From a bacterium (GTDB lineage Bacteria > Patescibacteriota > Patescibacteriia > Veblenbacterales > UBA10138), in contig JAGVEX010000009.1 in NCBI GenBank assembly GCA_020057885.1, positions 36,704 through 100,703 on the forward strand: a stretch of DNA of 64,000 nucleotides, given 5' to 3'. The notes beneath the pieces were generated by a model, which did not search any database, was not told the DNA's origin, and saw nothing but the letters and a program-made list of their open reading frames with translations. The position numbers and the translations under genes were made by a program. Each line of letters opens with the position of its first letter. The stretch's first letter is position 1. Of this stretch, positions 1 to 10,214 are shown piece by piece.

Positions 1-616
1 TAGCCTCTGTATAATAGGTGGAAGACATACCTAAAACCGCCGCCCGTTCATTCATTAAACGCACAAATTCAGTTTGATTTTTTCCAGTAAAACTTGCCAA
101 AGCAGAAGCGGCATTATTAGCTGAGCCGACCAAAGTGGCTCCTAATAAATTACGCAAGGTAACCTGTTCGCCATCTTTCACTTGTAAAAGACTAATTTTA
201 TCTCCCGCCTTAATATAAGGAGATGATAACAAGCTGTTATCTGTAGCAGTGATGGTTACGGGACTATCTAGATTAATTTTACTTTCCAAAGTAATTACCG
301 AAGTCATTAATTTGGTTAAGCTAGCAATAGGCAGTTCTAGTTCAGGCTCTAGGGCGCCAACAATTTCTCCTGAAGGTAATTTAACCACCAAAGCCGACAA
401 ACTGGAAAGTTCAAGCTCATCAAGTGTTGGCACAACTTCCCAATTAGTATAATCGGCAACTACACCTGGCAGTGGTAATTTAGGTAGAGATCCCAAATCA
501 GTAGCCGAAGAAGTTGGCATTTGCGGCCAACTGACTAATGTTATTACCAGGGCAATAATTAGCCAAATATTAGGCCAATGCCCCAGGCGCTCGTAAAAGT
601 TGTTCAAGATTTTCAT
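1..616 (-). CDS. D-alanyl-D-alanine carboxypeptidase (peptidase S11), runs off window start
   Basis: Manual translation from ATG at 616: N-terminal TM segment, then LPIASLTKLM (SxxK) and GSANNAA (SxN), MNERAAVLGM. Confidence 0.85.
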   Translation of the reverse strand, partial: MKILNNFYERLGHWPNIWLIIALVITLVSWPQMPTSSATDLGSLPKLPLPGVVADYTNWEVVPTLDELELSSLSALVVKLPSGEIVGALEPELELPIASLTKLMTSVITLESKINLDSPVTITATDNSLLSSPYIKAGDKISLLQVKDGEQVTLRNLLGATLVGSANNAASALASFTGKNQTEFVRLMNERAAVLGMSSTYYTEA

Positions 617-1151
617 GGTTAGATAAAGTATCAAAATGAGGAAGCTGTTTAACTGAAGTAATTCCAAGGAAACGCAAAAAATCAACCGTTACCTGATAAA
701 GCGGCAAAGGTGATTCTTCGTTGGTTGCTTCCACCAAACCGCGAATTTGCAAATTGCGTAAAATTAAACTGCAATTTACTCCCCTAATCTGTTCCAACTC
801 GGCTTTGGAAATCGGCCCGCGGTAAGCGATGACCGACAAAGTTTCCAATTGTGGGCGAGTAAGTTCTCCTAACTCTTCCTTTTTTAAAAACTGACGCACC
901 AATTCGCTGTGCGCTGGATGTGTTGCCAAAAGCGCTTCGTTTTGGTGAATAATAATCTCTAAACCGTGTCCGTTATCCACATAACGCTTTTGCAGTTCAG
1001 CCAAAGCAGACTCAATATCCCCCACCGTAACTTCAGTGAGCTCGGCTAATTTTTTTAGTGACAAAGGCTTACCAGCGGCAAATAAAATACTTTCTAACTT
1101 ACTAATAAGCGTACTTTGACTATTTGTGATTTGATTATCTTTTGGTGGCAT
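570..1151 (-). CDS. scpB: SMC-Scp complex subunit ScpB
   Basis: LESILF..., ETLSVIAYRGPISKAELEQIRGVN; next to scpA. Confidence 0.95.
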   Translation of the reverse strand: MPPKDNQITNSQSTLISKLESILFAAGKPLSLKKLAELTEVTVGDIESALAELQKRYVDNGHGLEIIIHQNEALLATHPAHSELVRQFLKKEELGELTRPQLETLSVIAYRGPISKAELEQIRGVNCSLILRNLQIRGLVEATNEESPLPLYQVTVDFLRFLGITSVKQLPHFDTLSNHENLEQLLRAPGALA

Positions 1152-1169
1152 ACTTGATATTTAAGTAAT

Positions 1170-1322
1170 AAATCCTAAATCCGAAATTCTACCTGCCCGC
1201 CAGCAGGCGGGAATCCCAAACAATAGTGGAGATAAAAAATTAAATTATTTTGACATTTGGATTTTGGATTTGTTTAGATATTAGCCTGCCTGCGGTAGGC
1301 AGGAAATTAGATATTAGATTTT
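1170..1322. repeat. Intergenic heptad-repeat/palindrome element, copy 1
   Basis: Highly similar to 26288-26497; AAATCC(T/G) and TTAGATA heptads; embedded CCTGCC..GCAGG palindromes. Confidence 0.75.
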
Positions 1323-1328
1323 TGTTTT

Positions 1329-2033
1329 TTATTCTGGTTTACTAAGCATAATATCTTGAAATAATTCTGACTGGTGAGCTATTAACTGACGTTGTTTTAC
1401 CAGCTCCAAGAGCGCTAAAAATGAAACAATGACTTCAGTTTTATCTTTTGCTTTAGCAATAAATGTTTCCCAGTTTAAATGTGCTTTGTCTAAAATTAAC
1501 TTTTTAAGTGTAGTTATTTTTTCTTGAATGGAAATTGCGCGCTGTAAAGTGATTTCCGGAAGTTTAATAATTGGCTCTAAGGCCGCTATTACTCGCCTAA
1601 TCCCCTTTTCAATTAACTCTAATACTAATCCTATTGGCGCCGTTGGTTTAGAAGATTCAAGTTTAATAAGTAAAGGTTTTTCACGTACCCAAGCCACATG
1701 GCTCTGTCGCCACATTTTAGCAATTTGCTTGCCAGCTTCCAAATATTCTTTATAAATTTTAAGTTGGCGTTCAAGATCCTGTGCTTCCTCCTGCCCGCCC
1801 AAATTAAGAGAAGGTAATAAATAACGCGATTTAATAAGCAACAACTTAGCGGCTATTACCAAAAAATCCGCCACCTCTTCCGGGTTAAGCTCCTCCACTT
1901 TATCCAGATATTCAAGATACTGATCTGTCACTTGCGCTAAAGCAATCTCGGTTATATCAAGCTCCTCCTGTTCAATTAATTGAAGCAGAAGGTCTAGTGG
2001 TCCTTGAAATTTTTCTAATTTAATTTCGTACAT
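1329..2033 (-). CDS. scpA: Segregation/condensation protein ScpA
   Basis: FQGPLDLLLQLI N-terminus; VSFLALLELVK C-terminus. Confidence 0.95.
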   Translation of the reverse strand: MYEIKLEKFQGPLDLLLQLIEQEELDITEIALAQVTDQYLEYLDKVEELNPEEVADFLVIAAKLLLIKSRYLLPSLNLGGQEEAQDLERQLKIYKEYLEAGKQIAKMWRQSHVAWVREKPLLIKLESSKPTAPIGLVLELIEKGIRRVIAALEPIIKLPEITLQRAISIQEKITTLKKLILDKAHLNWETFIAKAKDKTEVIVSFLALLELVKQRQLIAHQSELFQDIMLSKPE

Positions 2034-2056
2034 GAAAAATTTAAATCTTACAAAAT

Positions 2057-2530
2057 TTACTTTCTCTTCTTGGCAAAGTTCACTAATTTACCCTCTACCA
2101 CTTTTAATAAATCTTTTGTTTTCATATGAAGCGAACTTTCAAAACTACCCGCTTGCACCACTGCTTTTTGCGCTTTCATTACTGCCTTATCTACATACAC
2201 CGGCAATTTATGCAAAGGGCCATGAAATGGTGAAATAGCACCTGGCTTAACTTTAAAAAGTTTTATCATTACATTTTCTCTATCAATATCAACTTTTTTG
2301 GCACCGGTAACTTTTTTGAGCGCCTTAAAATCAACTTGGTGTGAAGCTGGTAAAACTACCAAGGCGTGATCTTTATCAATTTTAACTACCAATGTTTTTA
2401 CCACTTCATTTAGTTTGCGTTTTAATGTTTGGGCTAAATCATAAGCTGTGAATACGGTACGGTGTTCTAACATCTCGTGTTTAATTTTATTTTTCTTTAA
2501 AAAATTTAAAACTTTCGCTGGAATCTTCAT
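2057..2530 (-). CDS. YbaK/ProX-family aminoacyl-tRNA deacylase
   Basis: H..FTA..LA, VVKTLVVK, GAISPF motifs. Confidence 0.85.
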   Translation of the reverse strand: MKIPAKVLNFLKKNKIKHEMLEHRTVFTAYDLAQTLKRKLNEVVKTLVVKIDKDHALVVLPASHQVDFKALKKVTGAKKVDIDRENVMIKLFKVKPGAISPFHGPLHKLPVYVDKAVMKAQKAVVQAGSFESSLHMKTKDLLKVVEGKLVNFAKKRK

Positions 2531-2542
2531 AGTAATAATAGG

Positions 2543-2851
2543 TTAAAAATTAAAATTAACAATTCCCTGTAACCAAGGCAATACAGGAACGTTGAAATAA
2601 GACAAAATAATTATAACTAAAGCCGCCAAGACCGCCAACATTAAAAGCTTGGTTACAATATGTGTAACAACTTTAAGCACTAACAATAAAACAACTACCA
2701 CTGCCAAACCTAAAGCCCACTGGGGTAAATCTTGGTCTAATTTCCAAGTTTGTCCGCCGCCTAAATTAATCCAAAGTTGCGGTAGGGTTACATAAGAACC
2801 AACAAAAACACCAATAATGGTTAGCCATTTGAGCGCGCGAGTAAAAAACAT
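2543..2851 (-). CDS. Small membrane protein, hypothetical
   Basis: Three hydrophobic segments; co-oriented in the operon. Confidence 0.7.
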   Translation of the reverse strand: MFFTRALKWLTIIGVFVGSYVTLPQLWINLGGGQTWKLDQDLPQWALGLAVVVVLLLVLKVVTHIVTKLLMLAVLAALVIIILSYFNVPVLPWLQGIVNFNF

Positions 2852-2870
2852 AATATAATAAATCTTAAAA

Positions 2871-3188
2871 TTATTTGCTTACCTTTTTTAATTTAAAAGG
2901 AAAACACTGCTGTTCACCAAGTAATTTACGTGCTACTTTACGCCCTGCCGGCATAAGCTTAACCTCTTTGATATACCACTTTTTAGGAGTGCGTACTCCA
3001 TAACCAACCATTAAACCTTTATCTATTAAACTTTCAAAACTTTTAGTAATGATATTAACTATATCATCAATTTTTGGTTTAGTTTTTTGTTGATCATAAA
3101 ACTTTGCAAAGCCACCTCTCGACACTGCTCTCGGCGGAGTAAAATAACAACTGCGTAATATGTATTTTTGCAAAGGTGAAAGACGCAT
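2871..3188 (-). CDS. Basic hypothetical protein (possible winged helix)
   Basis: 105-aa ORF; SFESLIDKGLMVG resembles a wHTH. Confidence 0.65.
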   Translation of the reverse strand: MRLSPLQKYILRSCYFTPPRAVSRGGFAKFYDQQKTKPKIDDIVNIITKSFESLIDKGLMVGYGVRTPKKWYIKEVKLMPAGRKVARKLLGEQQCFPFKLKKVSK

Positions 3189-3210
3189 AATTAATAACTA
3201 TTAATAAATG

Positions 3211-4260
3211 CTAATTAGGGGCAACAACAGTACAACGCATGTCGTGCCGGTAAAACTGTTCACCCTGTTTGTTTAGCCCTTTCGCTTTCATATCAAAACA
3301 ATAACTACCGGGAAAAGTAGTGGTTTTATCAAATTTAACACCATAGTAACCATCGTTAGTATTGTTATCACCATGCTGACCATCGTCTAATAAAACCAGG
3401 TTGGTTACTACTACATCAACAGGCAGTGAAGTTTGTGTACCTGGACTGGTTCCTGTTTCTGTTTCTTTATTAATATTTCCTTTGTTTCTAAGGCTATCAT
3501 ATGCTTTTACTTCAAGTTCAACTTGTGCACCTTTTGCTGGCTCACCGGCTTGATTTACTATAGCAAGAAAATTTATCGCATCACCAAGGTGATACGTTTG
3601 TTTAGTTAGTTCGGCATCAAAAGAAAAATCTAACACAAGATTGGTGCCCACTAACAAATCAACAAATGGTACTTCACGATCTACTGATCCAGTCACCTGA
3701 ACTGTCCACTCACCCACCAGTGGTTCATAAAGACGATAAAATTCATAATGATCACTTTTTACCCGTTCAGTCACATTCTTGTACTCTGAATAATTATTTT
3801 GGTTAATAACCTTACCATTCGGCTGAATAAGCTCCATTGTAAAATTCAAACCATCAGCCATCCAACTAACAGGAAATTCGGCATAGCCAACGCTTGAATC
3901 AATTACATATTTAGTTATAACACGCTCATTACCAACTTCCTGATTGATTGGTTGCACTAAGGCATTGGGACGATTAAAACTAGGTCTAGATGATGTTGTT
4001 GTATTTATTGGTTCAATATCAGTGTTAGTTGGTGGATTTTCTTCTTCAATCACAACCAACCCCCCTGCCCCTTGTTTTGGTTGAATATAACCCTGTAATC
4101 GTTCAGCTATTCTTTCATCAACAGTTCCACCAAGACCATTATTGGTTTTGAATGGAGATGATGAAAATAACAAATTGTGTGCAAAAGAGTATAAAACAAC
4201 AACTGCAGTTGTAGTAGTTAAAAAAGCCACCGTTATTAAAATTTTTTCTCTAAGTACCAT
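3211..4260 (-). CDS. Membrane-anchored extracellular protein with L.DDG.HGD..NDG.Y beta-domain motif
   Basis: N-terminal TM; LLDDGQHGDNNTNDGYYG, as in CLCA/vWA-associated surface domains. Confidence 0.7.
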   Translation of the reverse strand: MVLREKILITVAFLTTTTAVVVLYSFAHNLLFSSSPFKTNNGLGGTVDERIAERLQGYIQPKQGAGGLVVIEEENPPTNTDIEPINTTTSSRPSFNRPNALVQPINQEVGNERVITKYVIDSSVGYAEFPVSWMADGLNFTMELIQPNGKVINQNNYSEYKNVTERVKSDHYEFYRLYEPLVGEWTVQVTGSVDREVPFVDLLVGTNLVLDFSFDAELTKQTYHLGDAINFLAIVNQAGEPAKGAQVELEVKAYDSLRNKGNINKETETGTSPGTQTSLPVDVVVTNLVLLDDGQHGDNNTNDGYYGVKFDKTTTFPGSYCFDMKAKGLNKQGEQFYRHDMRCTVVAPN

Positions 4261-4282
4261 AATACGTAAAATTATTAATGGT

Positions 4283-5704
4283 TTATTTGCTCCGATATAC
4301 TAATCCTAATTCCTCTAACTGTTCCTTAGTTACTTCCGATGGCGCGTCCATTAAAGGATCACGAACATCACCCATCAACGGAAAAGCAATGACTTCTCTA
4401 ATATTTTTTTCTCCAGCTAAAATAGAAACCAATCTATCCAACCCAGGCGCAATACCACCGTGTGGTGGTACGCCGTATTTAAAAGCTTCTATTAAATGAG
4501 CAAACTGTTGTTTTTGTTCGATGGTAAAACCAATTAAATCCCAAACTTTTTCTTGCACCTTAGGATCATGAATTCTCAAACTGCCTCCGCCAACCTCTAA
4601 CCCATTCAAAACTAAATCATGTTGGTAAGAATGAACTTTACCGGGATCAGTTTCGAGTAGCGGCAAATCCTCTTCTTTGGGACGTGTAAACATGTGGTGC
4701 GAAGGTGCCCATTGGCTTTTTCCCGAACCATGGAAAAAATCCTCTGCTGTTTGTTTATTAAATAATGGAAAATCAACTACCCAAGCAAAAGCTAACTCGT
4801 TTAAATTCTCTTTATCTTTCCGTAAATCTGGTTTATCGGTGCCGTACTTTTTTACCACATCAGCATGTTTAAGCCGCGGCCACGGCTCAAAAGTCAAATG
4901 TTTTTCCGGAAACAATTTTTTAACCATAGATGTAAACATTTTTTCCGTAAGATCAAGCACCTCGTCTTGCTCCATAAAAGACATTTCCATATCAATTTGA
5001 TAAAACTCACCCGGAGAGCGGTCGGCACGGGCATCCTCGTCCCTAAAACAAGGAGCTATCTGAAAATACCTCTCCACTCCAGCCACCATCAATAACTGTT
5101 TGTATTGCTGCGGCGACTGTGGTAAGGCAAAAAACTTTCCCTGATGCACTCGTGATGGCACTAAATAATCACGTGCTCCTTCGGGGGTGGATTTAGACAA
5201 CATCGGGGTTTGAATATAAGTAAAATTATGATCTACTAAATAGTCAATTACATATCTAATAACATCTGATCGTAATTTTATATTGCGGGCCATTCGCTCA
5301 TGACGCAAATCAAGATAACGATATTTAAGCCGCAATTCTTCACTAGCTTGCCGCTCCTCATTATCAATTTCAAACGGCGGAGTTTCGGCTTCGTTAATAA
5401 TTTCTAGTTTACTAGCCAAAATCTCAATCGTTCCCGATGCTAAATCTTTATTTTCGTTACCTGGCTTACGCGCTTGTACTTTACCGGTCACGGCTAACAC
5501 AAATTCCGGGCGAATTTTAGGCATAGCTTCCCTACTGACTTCATCTAATTCTGCCGGCACCAACACTACTTGGACTAAACCCGTCTTATCCCGCAAATCA
5601 ATAAAGGCAATTTTACCCATATTGCGGCGAGAGTTAACCCAACCTTTAAGTAAAACTTCTTCGCCTACTTTATTTATAGCTTCGGTAATAAAAATACGTT
5701 TCAT
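4283..5704 (-). CDS. aspS: Aspartate--tRNA ligase (short, GAD insertion largely absent)
   Basis: OB fold FIDLRD, STPEGARDYLVPSR, ALPQSPQQYKQLLM, PPHGGIAPGLDR. Confidence 0.96.
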   Translation of the reverse strand: MKRIFITEAINKVGEEVLLKGWVNSRRNMGKIAFIDLRDKTGLVQVVLVPAELDEVSREAMPKIRPEFVLAVTGKVQARKPGNENKDLASGTIEILASKLEIINEAETPPFEIDNEERQASEELRLKYRYLDLRHERMARNIKLRSDVIRYVIDYLVDHNFTYIQTPMLSKSTPEGARDYLVPSRVHQGKFFALPQSPQQYKQLLMVAGVERYFQIAPCFRDEDARADRSPGEFYQIDMEMSFMEQDEVLDLTEKMFTSMVKKLFPEKHLTFEPWPRLKHADVVKKYGTDKPDLRKDKENLNELAFAWVVDFPLFNKQTAEDFFHGSGKSQWAPSHHMFTRPKEEDLPLLETDPGKVHSYQHDLVLNGLEVGGGSLRIHDPKVQEKVWDLIGFTIEQKQQFAHLIEAFKYGVPPHGGIAPGLDRLVSILAGEKNIREVIAFPLMGDVRDPLMDAPSEVTKEQLEELGLVYRSK

Positions 5705-5718
5705 AATATATAATATTA

Positions 5719-6492
5719 CTAATTACTTTCTACGCACGCCGCCTTAACACAGGCACACTTAATACCTTCCCGATATGGTGCTCGACCTAAATCTATACCA
5801 AGACGTTTATTATCTGCTTCCACTCGAGCCACATATTCCGGTGTATGACAACCGCCTGTGAACCAAATGAATTGACAATCGTTGTCTTGTGCACATTGAT
5901 CTTTCACTTTATCAATTAAAGTCGCTTTTGTAGTTAGTTTAAAAGTCGAAAGAATTTGCTGATATATACCCGAATCTATATCAGTAGTATTAGAGAACAT
6001 TATGTCATAAATATATCCACTATTCTCGTCTTTACTCCATACATTAATGAACGGCAATATACATTTTTCTACACCACAACGACCAGGAAATTTTACTTCA
6101 GTTGCCACAATACCACCTAATAAATAAGAATTTTCTGTATTGCCAGGGGGAGATGAAAAATGTTTCTGACCTACTACACTCACACTCACAGATTGCGTTT
6201 CATCAAGTGGATTTTTAACATCTAACACCACTCCGCCGATAGATGGAGTTGCGACTATATATGATTTTTCAATCCAGGAGGAAGGATGTTTTATCTCAAA
6301 CCCATATTGCTCATTACGATAGGTTTTTAAATTTGATGTATCAGTTAAATTGACTGGATTAATTTGGCCGTATTTTTTTAAATCCACTTGCTTTTGTAAA
6401 AGCATTGCACAACCAGCAGCTATAAGCAAAACAAAGACTATAGCTACGGTTGTAATAATTGATGAGGTAAAAAGATGTTTCCTTAGATTCAT
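5719..6492 (-). CDS. PsbP-like membrane-anchored surface protein with Cys-rich C-terminus
   Basis: TM, KTYRNEQYGFEIKHPSSW ... QILSTFK; C-terminal CAQDNDC..C..CAC..C. Confidence 0.75.
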   Translation of the reverse strand: MNLRKHLFTSSIITTVAIVFVLLIAAGCAMLLQKQVDLKKYGQINPVNLTDTSNLKTYRNEQYGFEIKHPSSWIEKSYIVATPSIGGVVLDVKNPLDETQSVSVSVVGQKHFSSPPGNTENSYLLGGIVATEVKFPGRCGVEKCILPFINVWSKDENSGYIYDIMFSNTTDIDSGIYQQILSTFKLTTKATLIDKVKDQCAQDNDCQFIWFTGGCHTPEYVARVEADNKRLGIDLGRAPYREGIKCACVKAACVESN

Positions 6493-6506
6493 AAATTAAA
6501 TAGTTA

Positions 6507-6545
6507 TTTATTTATAGCTTAGGTAATAAAAATACGGTTCATAAT
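6507..6545 (-). repeat. Degenerate duplicate of the aspS 5' end
   Basis: 37/39 identity to 5669-5707; reads MNRIFIT*AINK versus MKRIFITEAINK. Confidence 0.85.
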
Positions 6546-6567
6546 TTAATATTTTCTTATTTAAACT

Positions 6568-7917
6568 TTAATCATTCAAAGGAAAAATAACCTGCCCGTT
6601 TCTCCACGATACATTCTGATAACTATCATAGGGTTGAGAATCACCGGGAGTCTTAGTAGAATTCAGGGGAAAAATATCAAAGTTAAAGAAATAACCAGAC
6701 AATTGATTAGTTAATTTAGTCGCGATAATTCCTACAAAGTTCTCAATTTGTGCATTAGTAGGCTTTTCTTTTACGTATAGCCAAATAGTATAAGTTTTTG
6801 CCTTGTCAAATTCAATAAAGTATTTGTTTACCAAGTCTGTTGATTGGACAAGTCGTGTAAGCTCGTTATCTAAAATATTAGCGATGACTATATTAGATGA
6901 ATTTGAAGAAATAAATTTGAAGGTGGAAAGAATTTTATTTAATAACTCCTTTGACTCTATATTATCTGCTTCTAAAAAAACTGAAAGGTATGGCTGCTCA
7001 ACTATATTAATAAACTTAATAAAACGACTGTCTAATCCAGGCTCTTCCCATTCTCCTACCTTAGCTTTTTTCCCTGCAAACAAAGTTTCAGAACCATTAA
7101 TGAGTGGACTATATTGGCTGATGTCTATTGTGTTTACGGGCATGCTTGTTTCAGCTTGTTGCATATCAAATTCTGCAACCCTTACAATCGTGCCCTTAGC
7201 ACCATTAAGAATCAACCATTTAGATGGGTATTGTAATTCAAACCCATATTGCTCATTACGATAAGTTTTCCAGCCTGCAGTGAGCGAAGTCGAACTGGTT
7301 GACAACTCTTCTCCCTGCTTTAAAAACACATTCTCTGACACTTTGGTCCAGTCATTAAAATTAACAACTTCCGTGCCGCGGGTAATTTGTTTTACATAAG
7401 TTGCCACCTCATATTGTTCACTGCCATAGGTTTTAACAATTTCCTGCCACTTCGCACTAGTAAAAGGATAATCATCCTTAAAAGTATTAATATAATTAAA
7501 ATTATTATCTGCGCCGTAGCCAAATACTGCGGCGGACATTATATGGCCATCTTCAAAAGCAATTAACAATTTATTATTTCCAATAAATTGAAGATAATCC
7601 ACCTGCCAAGTTGTGGAGCCTAACACCGGAGAAATAGGAATTGATTTTTGTAGCACGTTCCACTGCGCCAGAAAATTATTAATAACCTCAACCTCAGTAG
7701 ACTGAGTGGTTGCTTCAGGGCAAGCTGTAAACTCGCAGGCTGGGCCAGTTCTCCCCACATAACTACCATCGGGACACTGTTTGGCTTCCATTGTACAAGC
7801 TCGAGCCACTGGCTGTTTTACTCCCTTATTCAAAACCAAATAAGTAAACCCAATGGCTGAAAAAACCACTATGACTGCTACAATTATTATCAAATTTGCA
7901 AAACCGCGTTGGTTCAT
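6568..7917 (-). CDS. PsbP-like surface protein with pilin-like N-terminus and CTMEAKQCPDGS motif
   Basis: MNQRGF + TM; CTMEAKQCPDGSYVGRTGPACEFTACP; WKTYRNEQYGFELQYP ... ILSTFKF. Confidence 0.75.
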   Translation of the reverse strand: MNQRGFANLIIIVAVIVVFSAIGFTYLVLNKGVKQPVARACTMEAKQCPDGSYVGRTGPACEFTACPEATTQSTEVEVINNFLAQWNVLQKSIPISPVLGSTTWQVDYLQFIGNNKLLIAFEDGHIMSAAVFGYGADNNFNYINTFKDDYPFTSAKWQEIVKTYGSEQYEVATYVKQITRGTEVVNFNDWTKVSENVFLKQGEELSTSSTSLTAGWKTYRNEQYGFELQYPSKWLILNGAKGTIVRVAEFDMQQAETSMPVNTIDISQYSPLINGSETLFAGKKAKVGEWEEPGLDSRFIKFINIVEQPYLSVFLEADNIESKELLNKILSTFKFISSNSSNIVIANILDNELTRLVQSTDLVNKYFIEFDKAKTYTIWLYVKEKPTNAQIENFVGIIATKLTNQLSGYFFNFDIFPLNSTKTPGDSQPYDSYQNVSWRNGQVIFPLND

Positions 7918-7960
7918 AAAATTAATACCTATGGTCTCAAATAATTATACCTATGAAATT

Positions 7961-8659
7961 TCATTGAACCGGCGATAATACTATCTTATGGAGTTCAGCA
8001 CTTGCAATGATATTGAGCGATTTGTTTGATAGTGTAAGGGATCTAAGCTGACAAACCCAATATAATTCCTTACCCTTAGGGACTTCTATCTGACCCGAAG
8101 GTAATAAATAACCAGAAAACTTATCTTCATAATTGACAAGTTTTAAACCGGCTTCCTCAAGAACCCACTGTGCTTGCTCCTGTTTCACTCCTGTTTTAAA
8201 AAAAACATCAATCCTACCTATACTATAACTTCCTGGTTGAGTAAATTGACTCAAACTTCCTAAACAGGAAGTAAAACTCCTCTGGATGCCCTCATCTGTC
8301 TGCCCAATTTTTCTTTGATGACGATCGTATATAGCTGCGGCGGTAAAAAAAGACGCAACGTAATAATATAATAGAATAGCTATACCAAGAGCAATAAAAC
8401 TAACTAGTAAACGTCCTTTTGACACATCCAAATTTGTTTTCTTAGAAACAGAGGTCCCAGGCGTTGGTTCACCAACGCCTAAATGAGAGATGCTTAAATA
8501 AAAAACCACAACAAATAACAACAAAATAACCGCGAAATGTAGGTAAGGTAAAACTAACAAATAATATACGAGCCCAGATTTACTTAAAAACCATTCTACC
8601 AGGAAAATTAAAACCAATGTTAAACCAAAACTGATAGCTAACTTAATAAAAGTACGCAT
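7961..8659 (-). CDS. Membrane protein, hypothetical
   Basis: Three TM segments plus a small soluble domain. Confidence 0.7.
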   Translation of the reverse strand: MRTFIKLAISFGLTLVLIFLVEWFLSKSGLVYYLLVLPYLHFAVILLLFVVVFYLSISHLGVGEPTPGTSVSKKTNLDVSKGRLLVSFIALGIAILLYYYVASFFTAAAIYDRHQRKIGQTDEGIQRSFTSCLGSLSQFTQPGSYSIGRIDVFFKTGVKQEQAQWVLEEAGLKLVNYEDKFSGYLLPSGQIEVPKGKELYWVCQLRSLTLSNKSLNIIASAELHKIVLSPVQ

Positions 8660-8661
8660 AA

Positions 8662-9951
8662 TTATGGTCTCAATCTATTAATTAATCTCGGAAAAGGAAT
8701 ACTTTCGCGAATATGTTTAAGTCCACAAATCCACGCCACAATGCGTTCCAAACCATAACCAAATCCGGAATGTGGCACACTGCCAAATTTACGCGTATCC
8801 AAATACCACTGGAACGGCTCAATAGGTAATTTATGTTCTTTCATACGTGCGAGTAGCTCATTATAATTATCCTCACGCTGACTCCCGCCAATAATCTCCC
8901 CATAACCCTCATGGGCTAACAAATCCGCGTTTAATACTCGCGTAGGATCGCTGGGATCACGCTTCATATAAAAAGCTTTTACAGCCGCCGGATATTTTTC
9001 CACAAAAATCGGCTTATCGTACATTTGTGTTAAAACAGTTTCATCATCCGCGCCTAAATCATCCATTTCGCCAATATCACTCCCCTGCTCGCGTAACTTT
9101 TTTACAGCTTCAGCGTGAGTAATGCGATAAAAAGGCGGTTTTACATTTTCTAAAGGCTTGGTGTCGCGCTCTAAAATTTCCAATTCTTTCTTGTTTATCT
9201 CCAGTGTACGAGCCACAATAAAAGAAATCAACTCTTCCTGAATTTTTAAATTTTCCTCGTGCTCCACAAAAGCGGCCTCGGCGTCCATCATCCAAAATTC
9301 TGTTAAGTGGCGACGGGTTTTGGATTTCTCAGCGCGGAACACCGGACCAAAATCAAATACGCGCCCCAAAGAAGCAATGGCGGCTTCCAAATAAAGCTGG
9401 CCCGACTGTGTGAGGTAGGCCGGTTCGCCAAAATAATCTATCTCAAACAAAGTGGTTGTGCCTTCGCAAGAAGTCGGGGTTAAAATCGGCGAGTCAAATT
9501 TTATAAACCCTTGGGAATTCAAAAATTCGTAAGTGGCGTTGATAATAGTATTGCGCACTCGCTGAATAGCCCATTGTTTAGGCGACCTAAGCCATAAATG
9601 GCGGTTATCCAGTAAAAAATCTGGCCCGTGCTCTTTTTTGCCAATGGGATATTCCTCGGCCTTACCAACTAAAGTCAAAATTTTAGTCTGCAGTTCGTAC
9701 TCCTCTTTTTTAGGATGTTTGGAAACAACACCCTCAGCAATAATAGACGACTCAATAGTCACCTGCTGTACTGCCTGCCAAGAGGATTCTTCTACTTCTT
9801 TTTGATTTACTACTACTTGGGTAAATCCAGCGCCGTCACGAAATTCTAAAAAGTAGATTTTGCCAGAAGAACGCAAATTAGCTACCCAGCCTTTTAGGGT
9901 AACTTCTTTGCCTATATAGTCTTTGAGTTGGCTGGTAAATACTTGTTCCAT
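8662..9951 (-). CDS. asnS: Asparagine--tRNA ligase
   Basis: YLTQSGQLYLE, FRAEKSKTRRHLTEFWM, EIIGGSQRE, PHSGFGYGLER. Confidence 0.95.
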   Translation of the reverse strand: MEQVFTSQLKDYIGKEVTLKGWVANLRSSGKIYFLEFRDGAGFTQVVVNQKEVEESSWQAVQQVTIESSIIAEGVVSKHPKKEEYELQTKILTLVGKAEEYPIGKKEHGPDFLLDNRHLWLRSPKQWAIQRVRNTIINATYEFLNSQGFIKFDSPILTPTSCEGTTTLFEIDYFGEPAYLTQSGQLYLEAAIASLGRVFDFGPVFRAEKSKTRRHLTEFWMMDAEAAFVEHEENLKIQEELISFIVARTLEINKKELEILERDTKPLENVKPPFYRITHAEAVKKLREQGSDIGEMDDLGADDETVLTQMYDKPIFVEKYPAAVKAFYMKRDPSDPTRVLNADLLAHEGYGEIIGGSQREDNYNELLARMKEHKLPIEPFQWYLDTRKFGSVPHSGFGYGLERIVAWICGLKHIRESIPFPRLINRLRP

Positions 9952-10029
9952 AATGAATATACTTTAACATTTTTTGCTAACTTTGGCAAAAAATAACCTA
10001 CTAACATAAATCACGGCTATCTTACCATC

Positions 10030-10074
10030 ACACACCTCTGTATCAACGTGTTAACACATTGATACAGAGGATGT
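10030..10074. other. Long near-perfect inverted repeat between divergent genes
   Basis: cctctgtatcaacgtgttaacacattgatacagagg. Confidence 0.7.
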
Positions 10075-10214
10075 AATTAAAATAATCACAAACTATGTGA
10101 CAAATTAGCCAATAAATGATAATCTCTAATTCGTCGGATTGATTTAAAATTATAAACACCAATTACTGTTTATCGCCAACAAAATGACATTGGGATTATT
10201 CATCCAAAACCTGA

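Noticed and set aside
4283-5704. Unusually short AspRS as a possible pseudogene
   Set aside because: All catalytic motifs are intact; it only lacks the GAD insertion.
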